Assembly: GCA_963771175.1 (NCBI GenBank)
Contig: CAVYSY010000021.1
Span: 160,001-224,000 of the forward strand
Origin: an uncultured delta proteobacterium
GTDB lineage: Bacteria > Myxococcota > Myxococcia > Myxococcales > Myxococcaceae
Direction of reading: 5' to 3'
DNA length: 64,000 nt
Position numbers and translations under genes: made by a program. Of the stretch, positions 20,246-28,456 are shown piece by piece (positions within the stretch are counted from its first letter, which is position 1; the number at the start of each line of letters is the position of its first letter). Under the pieces are notes generated by a model. That model was given only the letters and a program-made list of their open reading frames with translations. It did no database searches and had not been told where the DNA came from.

Positions 20246-21844
20246 TCACGGGGCAGCGGGACACTGGTACGTCTCGGCCCGGAGGACCGTGGTGTCCCGG
20301 AGTCCGGGGCCAGTGCCAGGCTGTCCCGGGCTACCGAGGGTGAAGACGGTGTTCGTCTGGGAGACGGACGAAGAGGAGCCGCACCAGATGCCCACGGACG
20401 GGCCACCGCCGCCGTTGCCTCCGTGGCCGCCACGACCCCCCGCACCTCCATTGCCGCCCTGGCCTCCCTGGCCTCCGGTGACCGTATTGGGGGCGACCGT
20501 GCGTGTGGGGCCCTTGCCTCCGGGCCCACCGACTCCACCGGCGCTTCCGTCGCCGCCCTTGCCTCCGGCCCCGCCTTGTCCCCCGTCCGCTGTCCGCAGG
20601 AGGGAGAACTCCAGCTCTACCTGTCCCTGGATGAGCAGCAGGGCAATGGATGCTCCACCACCTCCACCTCCAGTGGCCCCGGTGCCCGGGCAGCCACCGC
20701 CACCACCACCGCCACCACCACCTCCCTCGGAGGCAGCGCCCCCGGCCACGATGTGACCGCCGCCGCCACCTCCGCCACCGCCGCCGCCAGGTGTCCCGGA
20801 TCCACCGTCCGAACCGGACTCCGGCACCCAGCCGTCGCTCGAGAGATGACCGACGGCATTGCCCGGGGGCCCATCCGTTCCCGCATCGCCAGGCACCCCA
20901 TTCTGACCCCTCTCCCCGGGATTGCCCTCATAGCCGCAGGGCGGCTGGCCGCAGTACGACTCGTTTCGAGGTGCTCCCGCGGTGCCCCCATCCACGGAGG
21001 GCTGGCCCGACTCACCTGGAGTCGCCAGGGGGATCGTCAGCGAGGCACCACCCTGGCCGCCCTTGCCACCCCGGTTTCCGCCACAACCGCTGGCACCCGG
21101 AGCGCCCCCATCGGCGACGGTGCCGATGTCGATGGGGCTCTGTCCCTCGCCGCCGTCCACGCCGTGATTGGAGTTGGCCGGAGGAGAATAGCCGTCGGCC
21201 CCGCGCGCACCCGCACCGGCCAGGAGCTCCACGTAGCGCAGCCGCACGCCCTTCGAGTTCAGCACCCGCAGCCCGATGGAGGGCTCGCCCGCGTTGAGCC
21301 CCGTGGTGGAGGCGATGCGCACATGGTCGATGATGACGCCCGCGTCCTCGCCCAACCCGCTCACCGTCAGGCCGATGCTGCCGCCGCCGAGGTGGGTGAT
21401 GTGCTCGTTGCCACGCACCCAGCCCCCGTCCACCCGGGCGTAGCCGCCATGGAGCGACACGGGCTTGTCGAGCATGAGCGAGGGCTCGTCATAGGCGCCC
21501 TGGGCGAGGTAGAGCGCCTTGCCCTCGCTGGAGGCGCGCTGCAGGGCATGCGCGAAGGTCTTGAACGGAGCCGCGGGGGTGCCGGGATTGTTGTCCCTGC
21601 CCTCGACGGGGTCCACGAAGAACGCGGCGCTGGCGGTGCCATCCACGCCATCGCAGTTGGTGTCCTGAAAGGAGTCGTCCGGTGGGTCGTCCCGGGTCGG
21701 ATCGCACGCGGTGGCGTTGCACCGGCCGGCGGCCACGCAGTCCTGGAACGCCTGGTCGAAATCATAGCAGCCGGTGGTGGCCAGCGACGCCAGCGCGAGC
21801 CCCGCGGCCAACAGCGTCTTCGTCTCGAGCATGAGAGTCCTCAT
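20246..21844 (-). CDS. Gly-rich (PGRS-like) surface lipoprotein with a beta-helix-like region
   Basis: Lipobox TTGC; DTNCDGVDG, NNPGTPAAPFKT; long GGxGGxGG tracts. Confidence 0.75.
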   Translation of the reverse strand: MRTLMLETKTLLAAGLALASLATTGCYDFDQAFQDCVAAGRCNATACDPTRDDPPDDSFQDTNCDGVDGTASAAFFVDPVEGRDNNPGTPAAPFKTFAHALQRASSEGKALYLAQGAYDEPSLMLDKPVSLHGGYARVDGGWVRGNEHITHLGGGSIGLTVSGLGEDAGVIIDHVRIASTTGLNAGEPSIGLRVLNSKGVRLRYVELLAGAGARGADGYSPPANSNHGVDGGEGQSPIDIGTVADGGAPGASGCGGNRGGKGGQGGASLTIPLATPGESGQPSVDGGTAGAPRNESYCGQPPCGYEGNPGERGQNGVPGDAGTDGPPGNAVGHLSSDGWVPESGSDGGSGTPGGGGGGGGGGGHIVAGGAASEGGGGGGGGGGGCPGTGATGGGGGGASIALLLIQGQVELEFSLLRTADGGQGGAGGKGGDGSAGGVGGPGGKGPTRTVAPNTVTGGQGGQGGNGGAGGRGGHGGNGGGGPSVGIWCGSSSSVSQTNTVFTLGSPGQPGTGPGLRDTTVLRAETYQCPAAP

Positions 21845-22776
21845 GGCAGCGTCCCCATCAGTCCCACCGAGCCGCCCCCGTTGCCCACGGAAGCGGTGGG
21901 CCGCACCTGCACCCCGTTGTCCGTGTCCTTGTCAGCCAGCATGTAGATGAGCCCGCTCGTCACCACGCCGGCCGCGCCCAGTGCGCCGGCCACCCCGCTC
22001 AGCGTCTGCGAGCGTTCGCCGGACTCCTTCAGCTTGAGGCCCTGGGTGGGATCCTGGAGGTTCGGGTTCGTCAGCGCTCGGAAGTCCCTTCCCGCCTGCA
22101 CGTAGAAGAGCGTCCCCACCCCCAGCAGCACCGCGCCTCCGGCGGCGGGCACCCACGCCCAGCCCGGCGCGCCCGAGCGGCGAGTCGTTACGACCGGCTC
22201 CGGAACCACCGGCTTCACCGGCGTCTCCCGCGGTGGCGGAGTCTGGACGATCGAGGCCACCCTCGGGCGCAGCGCCTGGCGCACCTGGGGCACCACCTTC
22301 TCGCTGGCCTGGGTGAGCGCGTCGAGGAGCTGATCCTCCCTCACCCCGGGCACGTAGTACTCGGCCAGCAGCTCGCCATCACGGGTCGCGTAGGCCTTCA
22401 GCCCCACCCGGTAGCCGCTGAGGAACTGCACCAGCTCGGCGATCATCACCGCGTCGGCCTCGGCGGCCTCGCCCAGGGTGATGCGGCAGGGGGCCTCCAG
22501 GCGGTTGCACCCGAGCACCGACTTGCGCTGCGCGGGCGGCAGCCGCTGGGACAGCTCCGAGGCGCGGACCACCTGCAGGCCCTCGGTCTTGAGCTGCTCG
22601 TACACGTGCTCCTGCGCGAAGGAGACGACGTGAGAGGGGACGCCCGCGGCCTCGGGCGGAGCGATCAGCACGGTGAGGGTCGCCTCGGCGGACGCGGGCG
22701 CCTGGCCGAGCACGACGAGCGTGGCGAGGAGTGGAAGGAACACGGTGGCGTCACTTTCCCCTCCTGGCGCTTCCAC
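21841..22776 (-). CDS. Hypothetical exported protein with C-terminal hydrophobic segments (likely start GTG near 22744)
   Basis: Signal-like N-terminus; codon bias; coupled to the downstream gene. Confidence 0.65.
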   Translation of the reverse strand: MEAPGGESDATVFLPLLATLVVLGQAPASAEATLTVLIAPPEAAGVPSHVVSFAQEHVYEQLKTEGLQVVRASELSQRLPPAQRKSVLGCNRLEAPCRITLGEAAEADAVMIAELVQFLSGYRVGLKAYATRDGELLAEYYVPGVREDQLLDALTQASEKVVPQVRQALRPRVASIVQTPPPRETPVKPVVPEPVVTTRRSGAPGWAWVPAAGGAVLLGVGTLFYVQAGRDFRALTNPNLQDPTQGLKLKESGERSQTLSGVAGALGAAGVVTSGLIYMLADKDTDNGVQVRPTASVGNGGGSVGLMGTLP

Positions 22777-22839
22777 CGCAAGGTCACGTACTAGCGGTGA
22801 CGCCGGGTGCGTGACAACCCGGCCTCCAGCCGAGCGGGC

Positions 22840-24633
22840 TCAACGGCGCGGCTTCTCGGGGATGGGCCGGATGTTCGTCTTCTCCGAGTCGTCCAGCTCG
22901 GGCGGCGCGTCGTCCTCGTCATCGGGCACGGGAGGCGAGTGACGAGCCGGGGGCGAGGCCGGGCGGGACGGGCGCGCGGGAGAGTTCAGGGCGGGGCGCT
23001 GGCCGGTGGGCGGGCCGGGGCGCGGCGGAGGCGAGGTCGGGCGGGATGGGCGAGGCAGGGCGGCTCCCCGGCTCTGGGTCTCATCCCCATCGGCCAGGAG
23101 GTCCGCGGACACCTGCACCTTGGGCTCTTCGGCAGCACCGGGCCCGTCATGCGCCGCGGAGGCGAAGGGGTTGCGCGTGGGCGGCGGCGTCCGATCATCG
23201 TCCTGGAGGGTTGGGGCAGGGCGATTCTGGGCGGGGTTGGGCCGGAGGGCGGGGCCATTGCGCACCGCGGCAGGAGCCTCTGCCGGCTTCGGCCGGGCGG
23301 GGGCCGCGGCGGTGGGGAGGTTGGCGGGGACCTGCACCTGCACCGGCGGGGATGCGGGCGCCGGGGGCTTGCCGTCTCGGGCGTCGTGGGCCTCGTCCTT
23401 CAGGCGCTGCTCGAAGGCCTGCCACTCCTTCTTGAAGCTCGAGGGGTCCGGCTCGCCGCGCTCGCGGTGCTTGAGCGAGGGGGCCCATCGGACGGTGTAG
23501 CTCTCGCCGGCCTGGAAGGAGGGCGGCGCCGGTACGCCGTAGGTGGCCGGGTCGAAGAAGGACTCGTCCAGGTCCGAGAAGCCGTAGGCGCGTGCCTTGG
23601 CGACGAAGTTGGGGATGATGCCGGTGGGCGCGTGGTAGCCGAGGATGTGGCCGTCCTCGTCCTTCGTCACCGGCGTGAAGACGAAGATGTCCTGGGTGCG
23701 GTATTCGCCCTTCTCGGTGAGGGGGAGCACCTCGGAGAGGGCAATCGTCTTGCGGCTGCCGTCGTGGAGGCGCTCGCAGCAGATGACGAAGTTGATGGCG
23801 CTGGCCACCTGGGCGCGGATGGCGACCATGGGCAGGTCGATGCCGGACATGAGGCACAGCGACTCGATGCGGCGCAGCGTGTCCGTGGGCGTGTTGGCGT
23901 GGGTGGTGGCCAGCGAGCCGCCGTGGCCGGTGTTCATCGCCTGCACGAGGAAGAAGGCCTCGCCGCCGCGCACCTCGCCCACCACGATGCGGTCGGGGCG
24001 CAGACGCAGGGCCGAGTTGAGCAGGTCTCCCATGTCCACGCCGCCCTTGCCGAACTTGTCCGGGGGCCGGCTCTCGAAGGGGACGAGGTGGGACTGGTTG
24101 AGCTGGAGCTCCGCCGAGTCCTCGATGGTGAGGATGCGCTCATCGTCGGGGATGAGGGAGGAGACGATGTTGAGCAGCGTCGTCTTGCCCGAGCCCGTGC
24201 CTCCGGACACCAGCATGTTGAGCTTGGTGTGGATGCCCGCGTCGATGAGGCGCGCCATCTGCGGCGTCATCGACTTGAACTTGATGAGCGAGTCGATCGT
24301 CAGCTTGTCCTTGAAGAACTTGCGGATCGAGATGGTGGTGCCCTTGCGGGCGATGGGCGGGATGACGACGTGGATGCGGCTGCCGTCAGGCAGGCGCGCG
24401 TCGAGGCGGGGGCGCTCGTCGTTGAGGAGACGGCCGACGAACTGCGCCATGTTGCGCGCGGCGCCGATCAGACCCTCCTCGGTGAAGATGGCATCGACCT
24501 TGGAGACCTTGCCCTTGCGCTCGATCCAGATGTCGGTGGGCCCGTTGATCATGATCTCCGACACCGACGGGTCGTCGAGATAGGGCAGCACGGGCTTGAG
24601 GAAGGCGCGGAGCGACTCGTTGTACATCGACAT
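22840..24633 (-). CDS. cpaF: CpaF/TadA-family secretion ATPase with a Pro-rich C-terminal extension
   Basis: SEIMING, DARLPDGSR, GGTGSGKTT, TIEDSAEL, LRLRPDRIVVGEVRG, MNTGHGG. Confidence 0.9.
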   Translation of the reverse strand: MSMYNESLRAFLKPVLPYLDDPSVSEIMINGPTDIWIERKGKVSKVDAIFTEEGLIGAARNMAQFVGRLLNDERPRLDARLPDGSRIHVVIPPIARKGTTISIRKFFKDKLTIDSLIKFKSMTPQMARLIDAGIHTKLNMLVSGGTGSGKTTLLNIVSSLIPDDERILTIEDSAELQLNQSHLVPFESRPPDKFGKGGVDMGDLLNSALRLRPDRIVVGEVRGGEAFFLVQAMNTGHGGSLATTHANTPTDTLRRIESLCLMSGIDLPMVAIRAQVASAINFVICCERLHDGSRKTIALSEVLPLTEKGEYRTQDIFVFTPVTKDEDGHILGYHAPTGIIPNFVAKARAYGFSDLDESFFDPATYGVPAPPSFQAGESYTVRWAPSLKHRERGEPDPSSFKKEWQAFEQRLKDEAHDARDGKPPAPASPPVQVQVPANLPTAAAPARPKPAEAPAAVRNGPALRPNPAQNRPAPTLQDDDRTPPPTRNPFASAAHDGPGAAEEPKVQVSADLLADGDETQSRGAALPRPSRPTSPPPRPGPPTGQRPALNSPARPSRPASPPARHSPPVPDDEDDAPPELDDSEKTNIRPIPEKPRR

Positions 24634-24827
24634 GGCGCCCCCGAGGGTAGCCCGAGAGCGGCCCGAGCCCAAGAGGACGGCTCGGTTGCCAGGGGGGCGG
24701 GGAGGCGGGAGACGGCGTTCCCCCCGTCCCACCGACGTGCGGATGACACTCACGCCACATGACCGCGAAAGTAGGGTGGGATGGGGGCCGCCAGGTGCTT
24801 CAATGGGGCCCCTGACGCGGAGATGAG

Positions 24828-25511
24828 ATGAGCGAGATGAAGGACAGGCTGCCGGCGGACTGGAAGAAGGTGCTGAAGGACGTGCTGGCGAGCCCGGAGT
24901 TCGCGGAGCTGGAGGCGTTCGTGGCGGCGGAGCGGCGCAGGTACACGGTGTACCCGTCGGAGGAGGACCTGTTCTCGGCCTTCCGGTTGACGCCGTATGA
25001 CGAGGTGAAGGTGCTGCTGCTCGGGCAGGACCCGTACCACGGGCCGGGGCAGGCGCACGGGCTGGCGTTCTCGGTGAAGCCCGGAGTGAAACCGCCGCCC
25101 TCCCTGGTGAACATCTTCAAGGAACTGCAGAGCGACGTGGGCGCGCCGAAGCCGAAGGACGGCTGGCTGGTGCCGTGGGCGAAGCAGGGGGTGCTGCTGC
25201 TCAACGCGGTGCTGACGGTGCGCGAGGGACTGGCCAACGCCCACGAGGGGCATGGCTGGGAGACCTTCACCGACGCGGTCATCCAGAAGGTGAGCGACAA
25301 GCCGGAGCCGGTGGTGTTCCTGCTGTGGGGCAGCTACGCGCAGAAGAAGGAGGCGCTCATCGACACCTCGAGGCACGTCGTCCTGAAGGCGCCACACCCC
25401 TCACCGCTGTCGGCGAAGCGGGGCTTCTTCGGCAGCAAGCCGTTCAGCCGCACCAACGAGGCGCTGACGAAGGCGGGGCGCGAGCCCATCGACTGGACGC
25501 TGCCGTCGTAG
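24828..25511 (+). CDS. ung: Uracil-DNA glycosylase, family 1
   Basis: GQDPYH, GLAFSV, PPSLVNI, GVLLLN, HPSPLS. Confidence 0.97.
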   Translation: MSEMKDRLPADWKKVLKDVLASPEFAELEAFVAAERRRYTVYPSEEDLFSAFRLTPYDEVKVLLLGQDPYHGPGQAHGLAFSVKPGVKPPPSLVNIFKELQSDVGAPKPKDGWLVPWAKQGVLLLNAVLTVREGLANAHEGHGWETFTDAVIQKVSDKPEPVVFLLWGSYAQKKEALIDTSRHVVLKAPHPSPLSAKRGFFGSKPFSRTNEALTKAGREPIDWTLPS

Positions 25512-25560
25512 CAGGGAGACAGGACAGGTCCGGTGCATGGCAGGAGGGAAGAGTTTTGCC

Positions 25561-25878
25561 CTATCGGAGTTGGCGAGCGCGCTTGAACCAGTACCCCGGG
25601 CGACGGCGCACGTGGGCTACGGCCAGGACGACCACGCGATCTTCGAGCACCACGTAGGACAGCGCGAAGGGGAAATCTGGCAGGAGGAAACGGCGGATGG
25701 GCGGAGTGTGGTGCACTCCAGGCCACAGGGGCCAGGTGTCTGGGTGCTCGGCAATGGCATCGAGCGCCCGGAAGACCTCGGACGAGAATGCCGAGCCCAA
25801 CCCGGATTGTTGCTGTTCGTACCACTCAGCGGAGGCAACCAGCTCCGCGTTGGCTTCTGGGTGGAGGCGGAGGGTCAT
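25561..25878 (-). CDS. RelE/ParE-family type II toxin
   Basis: LHPEANAEL...WYEQQQSGLG...FPFALSY...VLAVAHVRRRPGYW. Confidence 0.88.
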   Translation of the reverse strand: MTLRLHPEANAELVASAEWYEQQQSGLGSAFSSEVFRALDAIAEHPDTWPLWPGVHHTPPIRRFLLPDFPFALSYVVLEDRVVVLAVAHVRRRPGYWFKRARQLR

Positions 25879-25889
25879 GCCGGCGCAGC

Positions 25890-26138
25890 CTACCGCTCCT
25901 GGCGGAGACGCTTGAGGCGCTCGTTCACCTGTCGCCGGGCCTCTTCGGGGCTGATGAGCTCGGCTTTACCGCTGATGACCTCTTGGGCCCGGCGCTCGAG
26001 TTCCCTGGCCCACTCGGCTTCAGCATCCGAATCCTCTCCACCTGCCTCAAGGCTGAGCAGCAGTTCGTGTGCAAGCCGAGCGCGCTCCTCGGGGGGGAGC
26101 CGAAGCGCATCGGAAAGGAGGTCGTTTGCGGTGGCCAT
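25890..26138 (-). CDS. Addiction-module antitoxin (TIGR02574-like)
   Basis: ALRLPPEERARLAHELLLSL...EWARELERR; directly upstream of the toxin. Confidence 0.88.
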   Translation of the reverse strand: MATANDLLSDALRLPPEERARLAHELLLSLEAGGEDSDAEAEWARELERRAQEVISGKAELISPEEARRQVNERLKRLRQER

Positions 26139-26248
26139 TGGGGCCATTCTACTCACCTGGCGGCGTGGATGCTCGCCGCCCGCCCTGTGTAACGGTCATC
26201 GGGTGCACCCGCGAGCAAGCGGCCTCGCACCCGGTTAGAGTCAGGCTC

Positions 26249-27064
26249 ATGGCGAAGACCGCACCCCGTAAGGCCCCGGCGAGCCAGAAGAAGGCTGCCC
26301 GCGCGGCTCCGAAGAAGAAGAGCGCCGTTTCCGCGAAGAAGAGCCCCGCGCTCGTGAAGAAGCGTGGGGCTCCGGTGAAGAAGCCCGCCGCGAAGAAGCC
26401 CGCCGCCGCCAAGAAGCCCGCCGCCCCGGTGGAGGCGCCTTCGGAGGCCGTCACGGTGGGCGAGGCCCTTCCCGCCGAGCCCTTGCCCGACATGAGGGCC
26501 CTGCCGGCTGGCGAGCCCGCGGGCGGCAATGCGCTGCCCTTCGAGATCGACCCCAAGCGCATCGAGGAAGGCCTGCGCAAGCTGCGCGAAGAGGTCGTCC
26601 ACTGGGCCAACAAGGGCCGCTACACCAAGGTGCGCTTCAAGTTCCGCGGCAAGCAGCTCCTGCCGGACCTGCCCATCGCCGCCGTGGCCGCCGCCGAGGG
26701 CCTCACCTTCTACTGGGGCGGCATCCTCCGCGCGCTCATCTTCAACGTGGCCGGCGGCAGCCTCATCCAGGTGGAGCTCGTCAACGACGCGGACAAGCGC
26801 GTCCAGGCCGGCAAGGAGGCCCTGCTCGCGGGCGATCTGGACGATGCCCTGGCGCTCTTCCGCGAGGCGCTCGCCATGGACCGCGACAACGTCGGCGCGC
26901 ACCTCAACGTGGGCGTCGCCCTCAAGCTGAAGGGGGACCGCGAGGGGGCCCTCGCCTCCTTCGAGCGCGCCAAGGCGTTGGACCCGGAAGGCCCGCTCGG
27001 CGCCGAGGCCGACCGGCTCGCCACCCCGCTGCGCCCCAAGGACGACCTGGCCCAGGCGAGCTGA
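26249..27064 (+). CDS. Protein with a Lys/Ala/Pro-rich N-terminus, DUF4342-like middle and C-terminal TPRs
   Basis: KKPAAKKPAAAKKPAA; NKGRYTKVRFKFRGKQLLPDLPI; AHLNVGVALKLKGDREGALASFERA. Confidence 0.75.
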   Translation: MAKTAPRKAPASQKKAARAAPKKKSAVSAKKSPALVKKRGAPVKKPAAKKPAAAKKPAAPVEAPSEAVTVGEALPAEPLPDMRALPAGEPAGGNALPFEIDPKRIEEGLRKLREEVVHWANKGRYTKVRFKFRGKQLLPDLPIAAVAAAEGLTFYWGGILRALIFNVAGGSLIQVELVNDADKRVQAGKEALLAGDLDDALALFREALAMDRDNVGAHLNVGVALKLKGDREGALASFERAKALDPEGPLGAEADRLATPLRPKDDLAQAS

Positions 27065-27115
27065 GCCCCAAGTGTCCCAGGGGAGGGCCCCGCGAGGGCT
27101 ATACTCCTCCCCATC

Positions 27116-28270
27116 ATGGGCGCACCCGTCGAGGACGAATACGAAGTGCGACTGGAGGGCCGGGCCGTGCTGCTCGAGCCCGCCCGGAAGCGCTACTACC
27201 GCCTGGTGCTGGAGCTGGCCGACTCCCGGTGGGAGGAGCGGCTGCGCCAGCAGTTGCCCCTGCTGCGCGAGGTGGTCGCCACCCATGCCGAGGTGGACGA
27301 GCTGCTCGCCCGTGCCCTCCGCCGCGCCGAGGCCGAGGCCTGGCCCACCAGCAACCCGACCGTCCGTGGTCTGTACGAGGTGCGCTCGCTGAGGGATCAG
27401 CTCGTCCGGGAGGTGGCCCGCAAGATTGGACGGAGCCCCCTGGAGCCCCTCGGGCGGCTGATGATCGCCCTGGAGGACTGGCTGCTCACCCTTCCGCGCG
27501 TGGTGCCTCCCCACCAGCGCTGGAGCGTCGCGCTGGAGGTGCTCCCGGACTCGCTGCCCGCGCTCCGCGAGGCCACCGAATTCGGGGACGTCCTGGCGTC
27601 GCTCTTCGCCCAGCCGATGCTCCTCACGGGCCGGATTCCCTTCTCGGGGGTGCAGCGCGAGGAGCTGCGCCTGTGGTGGCCGAGGGGCGAGGCGGCGCTG
27701 GCCTCGGTGTGGAACCGGCTGTCCGGGGTGGACCCCCAGGGCGGCATGGTGCAGGACCTTCGCAGGCAGGCCACCCGAGCCCCGCGGCAGCTCCCGCGCA
27801 ACGGCCCGGAGCGCCTGCTTCACGCCGAGTACTGGTTCCAGGAGGCCCGCTCCCTAATGCTGCGGCTCGTCCAGACGCGGGTGGCCCCGCTCGTCCCCGA
27901 GCCCTCCGAGTCCCTGGAGGTTCTCTGGTGGCTGTTCGAGCGCGAGTACGCCCCGCATGTCCGGCTGCTCTCCTCGGAGCGCCTGGAGGACGCCCGGGCG
28001 GGCCTGATCGAGCTGGCCTATGAGCTGTGGGATGCCCAGCGCTCGGATATTCCCGACGAGGAGCGTTGGTCCCCGGCTCGCTGGAGGCGCCTGGAGGAGC
28101 AGGCCTGGCGGGCGGATGAGTCCCGCGGTGGACCGGATGGCAAGCGGGTGCGCGAGGTCCTCCGGGGGCTCATCCAGCAGCACGGAATCGGCAGCACCAC
28201 CCTGCGCGGCTGGTGGGACTCCTCGCGACTGGTGGACCTGGTGCAACAAGCGCGCGAGCTCGTGCGTTGA
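27116..28270 (+). CDS. Hypothetical protein (Trp/Leu/Arg-rich, helical)
   Basis: 384-aa ORF with plausible codon usage filling the gap before gyrA. Confidence 0.6.
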   Translation: MGAPVEDEYEVRLEGRAVLLEPARKRYYRLVLELADSRWEERLRQQLPLLREVVATHAEVDELLARALRRAEAEAWPTSNPTVRGLYEVRSLRDQLVREVARKIGRSPLEPLGRLMIALEDWLLTLPRVVPPHQRWSVALEVLPDSLPALREATEFGDVLASLFAQPMLLTGRIPFSGVQREELRLWWPRGEAALASVWNRLSGVDPQGGMVQDLRRQATRAPRQLPRNGPERLLHAEYWFQEARSLMLRLVQTRVAPLVPEPSESLEVLWWLFEREYAPHVRLLSSERLEDARAGLIELAYELWDAQRSDIPDEERWSPARWRRLEEQAWRADESRGGPDGKRVREVLRGLIQQHGIGSTTLRGWWDSSRLVDLVQQARELVR

Positions 28271-28456
28271 GAACGGAAAAGGGGGGTAGGTGAGGGTGTC
28301 CTATGCCCCCCGGCCGGGCGAGTTCCGGCCCCCCTTTCTGGCTACCCCCCACCACCCCCGTGTTTCCCTTGTTGACGCTGGAAAATCCGGGGGTTAGGTA
28401 ACCCCGTTCCCCTGATGAGCCCCCCTCGGGCGGGCCCGTCCCCTACTCCAAATTTC

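Noticed and set aside
20400..20800. CCA/CCG tandem repeats
   Set aside because: They encode poly-Gly tracts of the lipoprotein; no repeat-spacer structure, so not CRISPR.
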